A stretch of DNA of 1,745 bases from Naegleria gruberi. Taxonomy: Eukaryota. Positions 1-1,745 of this stretch are shown piece by piece. Position 1 is the first letter of the stretch; each line of letters opens with the position of its first letter. Under the pieces are notes generated by a model. That model had not been told where the DNA came from and did no database searches. It saw only the letters and a list, made by a program, of their open reading frames with translations. A program made the position numbers and the translations under genes. The DNA lies in assembly GCA_000004985.1 (NCBI GenBank), contig GG739333.1. One strand, written 5' to 3'.

Positions 1-2
1 AC

Positions 3-266
3 TCCATCTGCACAAGGTAGAACAAAAGATTCACCCTTCCAGAAACCTTTCTTGTTATCTGCATAACAAGTACATTGTTCAAGCTCATTACAATAACCAT
101 TTCCACTACAAGTAGTTGAGGCATTACATTTAACCAAACTATTACACATAGCTCCTAAATAAGGAGAAACACATGCTGAACAATCTGCACCAGTCCAATA
201 ACCTTTGCCAGCTATGTTATCACAGACACAAATATTCAAATCTGTACATTGACCATGTCCAGAACA
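3..266 (-). other. Divergent cysteine-rich modules on the C-terminal side of the regular array: 8-Cys EGF-like units resembling laminin-type EGF
   Basis: Translation (minus, 266 down to 3): CSGHGQCTDLNICVCDNIAGKGYWTGADCSACVSPYLGAMCNSLVKCNASTTCSGNGYCNELEQCTCYADNKKGFWKGESFVLPCADG. The unit is 156 bp rather than 117. The 'C-x-C-x6-G-Y-W-x-G-x-x-C-x-x-C' pattern, with an extra C-x-x-C after the G..G..C, is the laminin-EGF hallmark rather than the tenascin one. The 117-bp periodicity is lost here. Confidence 0.55.
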
Positions 267-1745
267 AACAGATGAAGCATTGGAAGAAATGCCACCACAA
301 GTGAATTGAGCACAATGACTTCCGTAATATCCAGATTGACAAGAACAATGATCGAAAAAATCACATCTACCTTTTCCAGAACAAGCTGATGCATTTGTTG
401 AGACAATTCCAAAACAATTAAACTGGCTACAATCATATCCATTATATCCAGCTGAACAGGAGCAATTATTTGGGGAGATGCAACCACCATGTCCATAACA
501 TGCTGACGCATTTGTTGAGGCAGTTCCATAACAATCAAATTGACTACAATCATTCCCGTAGTATCCATCTAAACAGGAGCAATTATTTGGTGAGATGCAA
601 CCACCATGTCCATAACATGCTGAACCACTTGTTGAGGCAGTTCCATAACAATCAAATTGACTACAATCATTTCCGTAGTATCCATCTAAACAAGAACAAT
701 TATTTGGTGAGATGCAACCACCATGTCCAGAACATGCTGATGCATTTGTGGAGGCAGTTTCGTAACAATCAAATTCACTACAATCATTTCCATAATATCC
801 AGCTAAGCATGAACAGTTATTTGGTGAGACACAACGACCATAACTAGAACAAACTGAACCACTTGTTGAGGCAGCTCCAAAACAATCAAACTCAGCACAG
901 TCATTTCCGTAATGTTCGTTAGAGCATGAGCAATTATTTGGTGAGATGCAATCACCATGTCCAAAACAAACTGAACCACTTGTTGAGGCAGTTCCAAAAC
1001 AATCAAACTCAGCACATTCATTTCCATAGTATCCAGAGGTGCATGAACAATTATTTGGTGCAATACAATAGCCATTTCCAGAGCAAACTGATGAATTACT
1101 TGGTGAAATATCAAAACATTGGAAAGAACTGCAATCTGATCCACTATATCCAGCTAAGCATGAGCAGTTATTTGGTGAGAGACAGGTACCGTGTCCAGAA
1201 CATACTGAACCATTTGTTGAGGCAATTCCATAACAATCAAATTGACTACAATCATTACCATAGTGTTCATTAGAGCATGAGCAATTATTTGGTGAGATAC
1301 ATCTTCCTTGACCAGAGCAAACTGATGAAGAAGTAAATAATGTACCAAAACATTCGTATTCACTACAATTACTACCATAGTATCCATAGGTGCATGAACA
1401 ATTATTTGGAGCAATGCAATTACCATTTCCAGAGCAAACTGATGAATTACTTGGTGAAATATCAAAACATTGGAAAGAACTGCAATCTGATCCACTATAT
1501 CCAGCTAAGCATGAGCAGTTATTTGGTAAGAGACAGGTACCGTGTCCAGAACATACTGAACCATTTGTTGAGGCAATTCCAAAACAATCAAATTGACTAC
1601 AATCATTACCATAGTGTTCATTAGAGCATGAGCAATTATTTGGTGAGATACATCTTCCTTGACCAGAGCAAACTGATGAAGAAGTAAATAATGTACCAAA
1701 ACATTCGTATTCACTGCAATCATTTCCATAATATCCATCTAAACA
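3..1745 (-). CDS. Internal fragment (5' and 3' ends both outside the window) of a large secreted or surface protein made of tandem tenascin-type EGF-like repeats (581 codons, no stop)
   Basis: Seen in sequence: manual translation of the reverse complement with codons on plus triplets starting at positions divisible by 3 gives an uninterrupted frame across the window; no in-frame plus 'tta', 'cta' or 'tca'. Example stretch (minus, from ~734 down): CSGHGGCISPNNCSCLDGYYGNDCSQFDCYGTASTSGSACYGHGGCISPNNCSCLDGYYGNDCSQFDCYGTASTNASACYGHGGC... The 6-Cys spacing C-x5-C-x5-C-x-C-x8-C-x4-C with 'CxCxxG[YF]xGxDC' is the tenascin/EGF_2 signature. Cys codons are held in every unit while several third positions differ (e.g. 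573-581 'acaggagca' vs 690-698 'acaagaaca', both encoding C-S-C), which points to purifying selection on the protein. Confidence 0.85.
267..1670 (-). repeat. Tandem array of 117-bp (39-codon) coding repeats, 12 complete regular units, each one EGF-like module plus linker
   Basis: The first Cys codon of each 'CSGxGxC' sits at plus 1668-1670, 1551-1553, 1434-1436, 1317-1319, 1200-1202, 1083-1085, 966-968, 849-851, 732-734, 615-617, 498-500, 381-383 and 264-266, exactly 117 bp apart. Adjacent units 480-596 and 597-713 differ at about 7 of 117 nt (~94% identity). A partial unit occupies 1671..1745 at the window edge. Confidence 0.9.
1083..1433 (-). repeat. Higher-order 351-bp (3 x 117) repeat, copy 1
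   Basis: Encodes three unit types in order: 'CSGQGRCISPNNCSCSNEHYGNDCSQFDCYGIASTNGSV', 'CSGHGTCLSPNNCSCLAGYSGSDCSSFQCFDISPSNSSV' and 'CSGNGYCIAPNNCSCTSGYYGNECAEFDC...'. Nearly identical to 1434..1745. The 351-bp spacing also shows in the ORF track: minus out-of-frame ORFs 803..1144, 1154..1495 and 1505..1738 have stops 351 bp apart. Confidence 0.85.
1434..1745 (-). repeat. Higher-order 351-bp repeat, copy 2 (cut by the window edge)
   Basis: Aligns base-for-base with 1083..1394 apart from a few substitutions (e.g. 1179 'gagagac' vs 1527 'aagagac'; 1230 'ccataacaatc' vs 1581 'ccaaaacaatc'). The two copies diverge in the last ~35 bp (1365-1394 vs 1716-1745). There copy 2 resembles the 'CLDGYYGNDC' unit type seen at 663-692. 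Confidence 0.85.

Noticed and set aside
470-847. Plus-strand 125-aa ORF (also 926..1273 and 1340..1624) encoding a repetitive His/Asn-rich peptide (CNHHVHNMLNHLLRQFHNNQIDYNH...)
   Set aside because: It is the antisense strand of the EGF repeat. Its periodicity just mirrors the 117-bp coding repeat on the other strand. It has no Cys pattern or other domain logic, and it lies entirely within a minus-strand frame that is far longer and strongly conserved.
1186-1542. Recurring 'ggtacc' (KpnI) site at 1186-1191 and 1537-1542
   Set aside because: It is the same position in two copies of the 351-bp higher-order repeat (encoding T-G in 'HGTC'). It has no regulatory meaning.
1390-1596. Plus-strand 68-aa ORF (MHEQLFGAMQLPFPEQTDELLGEISKHWKELQSDPLYPAKHEQLFGK...)
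   Set aside because: Internally repetitive for the same reason: it is an antisense reading of two repeat units. It is short, embedded in the EGF CDS, and has no independent support.
236-1738. Minus-strand ORFs in the track (236..568, 803..1144, 1154..1495, 1505..1738) encoding Cys-free Val/Ile/Leu/Met-rich peptides
   Set aside because: They share one frame, offset from the true frame (their codons start at plus positions congruent to 2 mod 3). That frame is broken by stops every 351 bp and lacks the conserved cysteines. They are out-of-frame readings of the same repeat.
267-1745. Possible CRISPR array or non-coding satellite, given the strict tandem periodicity
   Set aside because: The 117-bp units abut directly, with no unique spacers between them. 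They are 3x39 codons that keep a reading frame, and their substitutions are biased to synonymous sites at Cys codons. This is a coding protein repeat, not a CRISPR or satellite array.
1-1745. Strong strand compositional skew (plus strand A/C-rich and G-poor; many 'aca', 'gca', 'tcc')
   Set aside because: Fully explained by the minus-strand coding content (Cys TGT/TGC, Gly GGA/GGT, Ser codons). It is not an independent signal such as a replication-skew switch.

Overview
The whole window is the interior of one large gene on the minus strand. Reading the reverse complement with codons on plus triplets 3-5, 6-8 ... 1743-1745 gives 581 consecutive sense codons and no stop. The provided ORF track does not list this frame, apparently because the frame has no ATG or stop inside the window. 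The product is a cysteine-rich array of tenascin-type EGF-like modules, each 39 aa (117 bp), with the pattern C-S-G-x-G-x-C-[IV]-S-P-N-N-C-S-C-x-x-G-Y-x-G-x-D-C-S-x-F-x-C-[YF]-G-x-A-S-T-N-x-S-x. That is 6 Cys spaced C-x5-C-x5-C-x-C-x8-C-x4-C, followed by a 10-aa Ser/Thr/Asn linker carrying an N-x-S/T sequon. At least 12 regular 117-bp units tile 267..1670, with a partial unit at the upstream window edge (1671..1745). Toward the low-coordinate end (protein C-terminal side, 3..266) the units change to longer 8-Cys modules with G-[YF]-W-x-G...C-x-x-C, more like laminin-type EGF. Above the 117-bp period there is a 351-bp (3-unit) higher-order repeat; its copies at 1083..1433 and 1434..1745 are about 99% identical over ~280 bp and then diverge, a mosaic pattern that fits recent unequal exchange or gene conversion. 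All ORFs in the supplied track (plus-strand His/Asn-rich ones, minus-strand Cys-free ones) are out-of-frame or antisense readings of this same repeat and are rejected. I see no RNA gene, mobile element, CRISPR array, promoter or multi-gene system here. The window is one repeat-protein exon, most likely from a eukaryote with a moderately AT-rich genome (window GC roughly 37% by rough count) that uses the standard code (CAA for Gln; no in-frame TAA/TAG).
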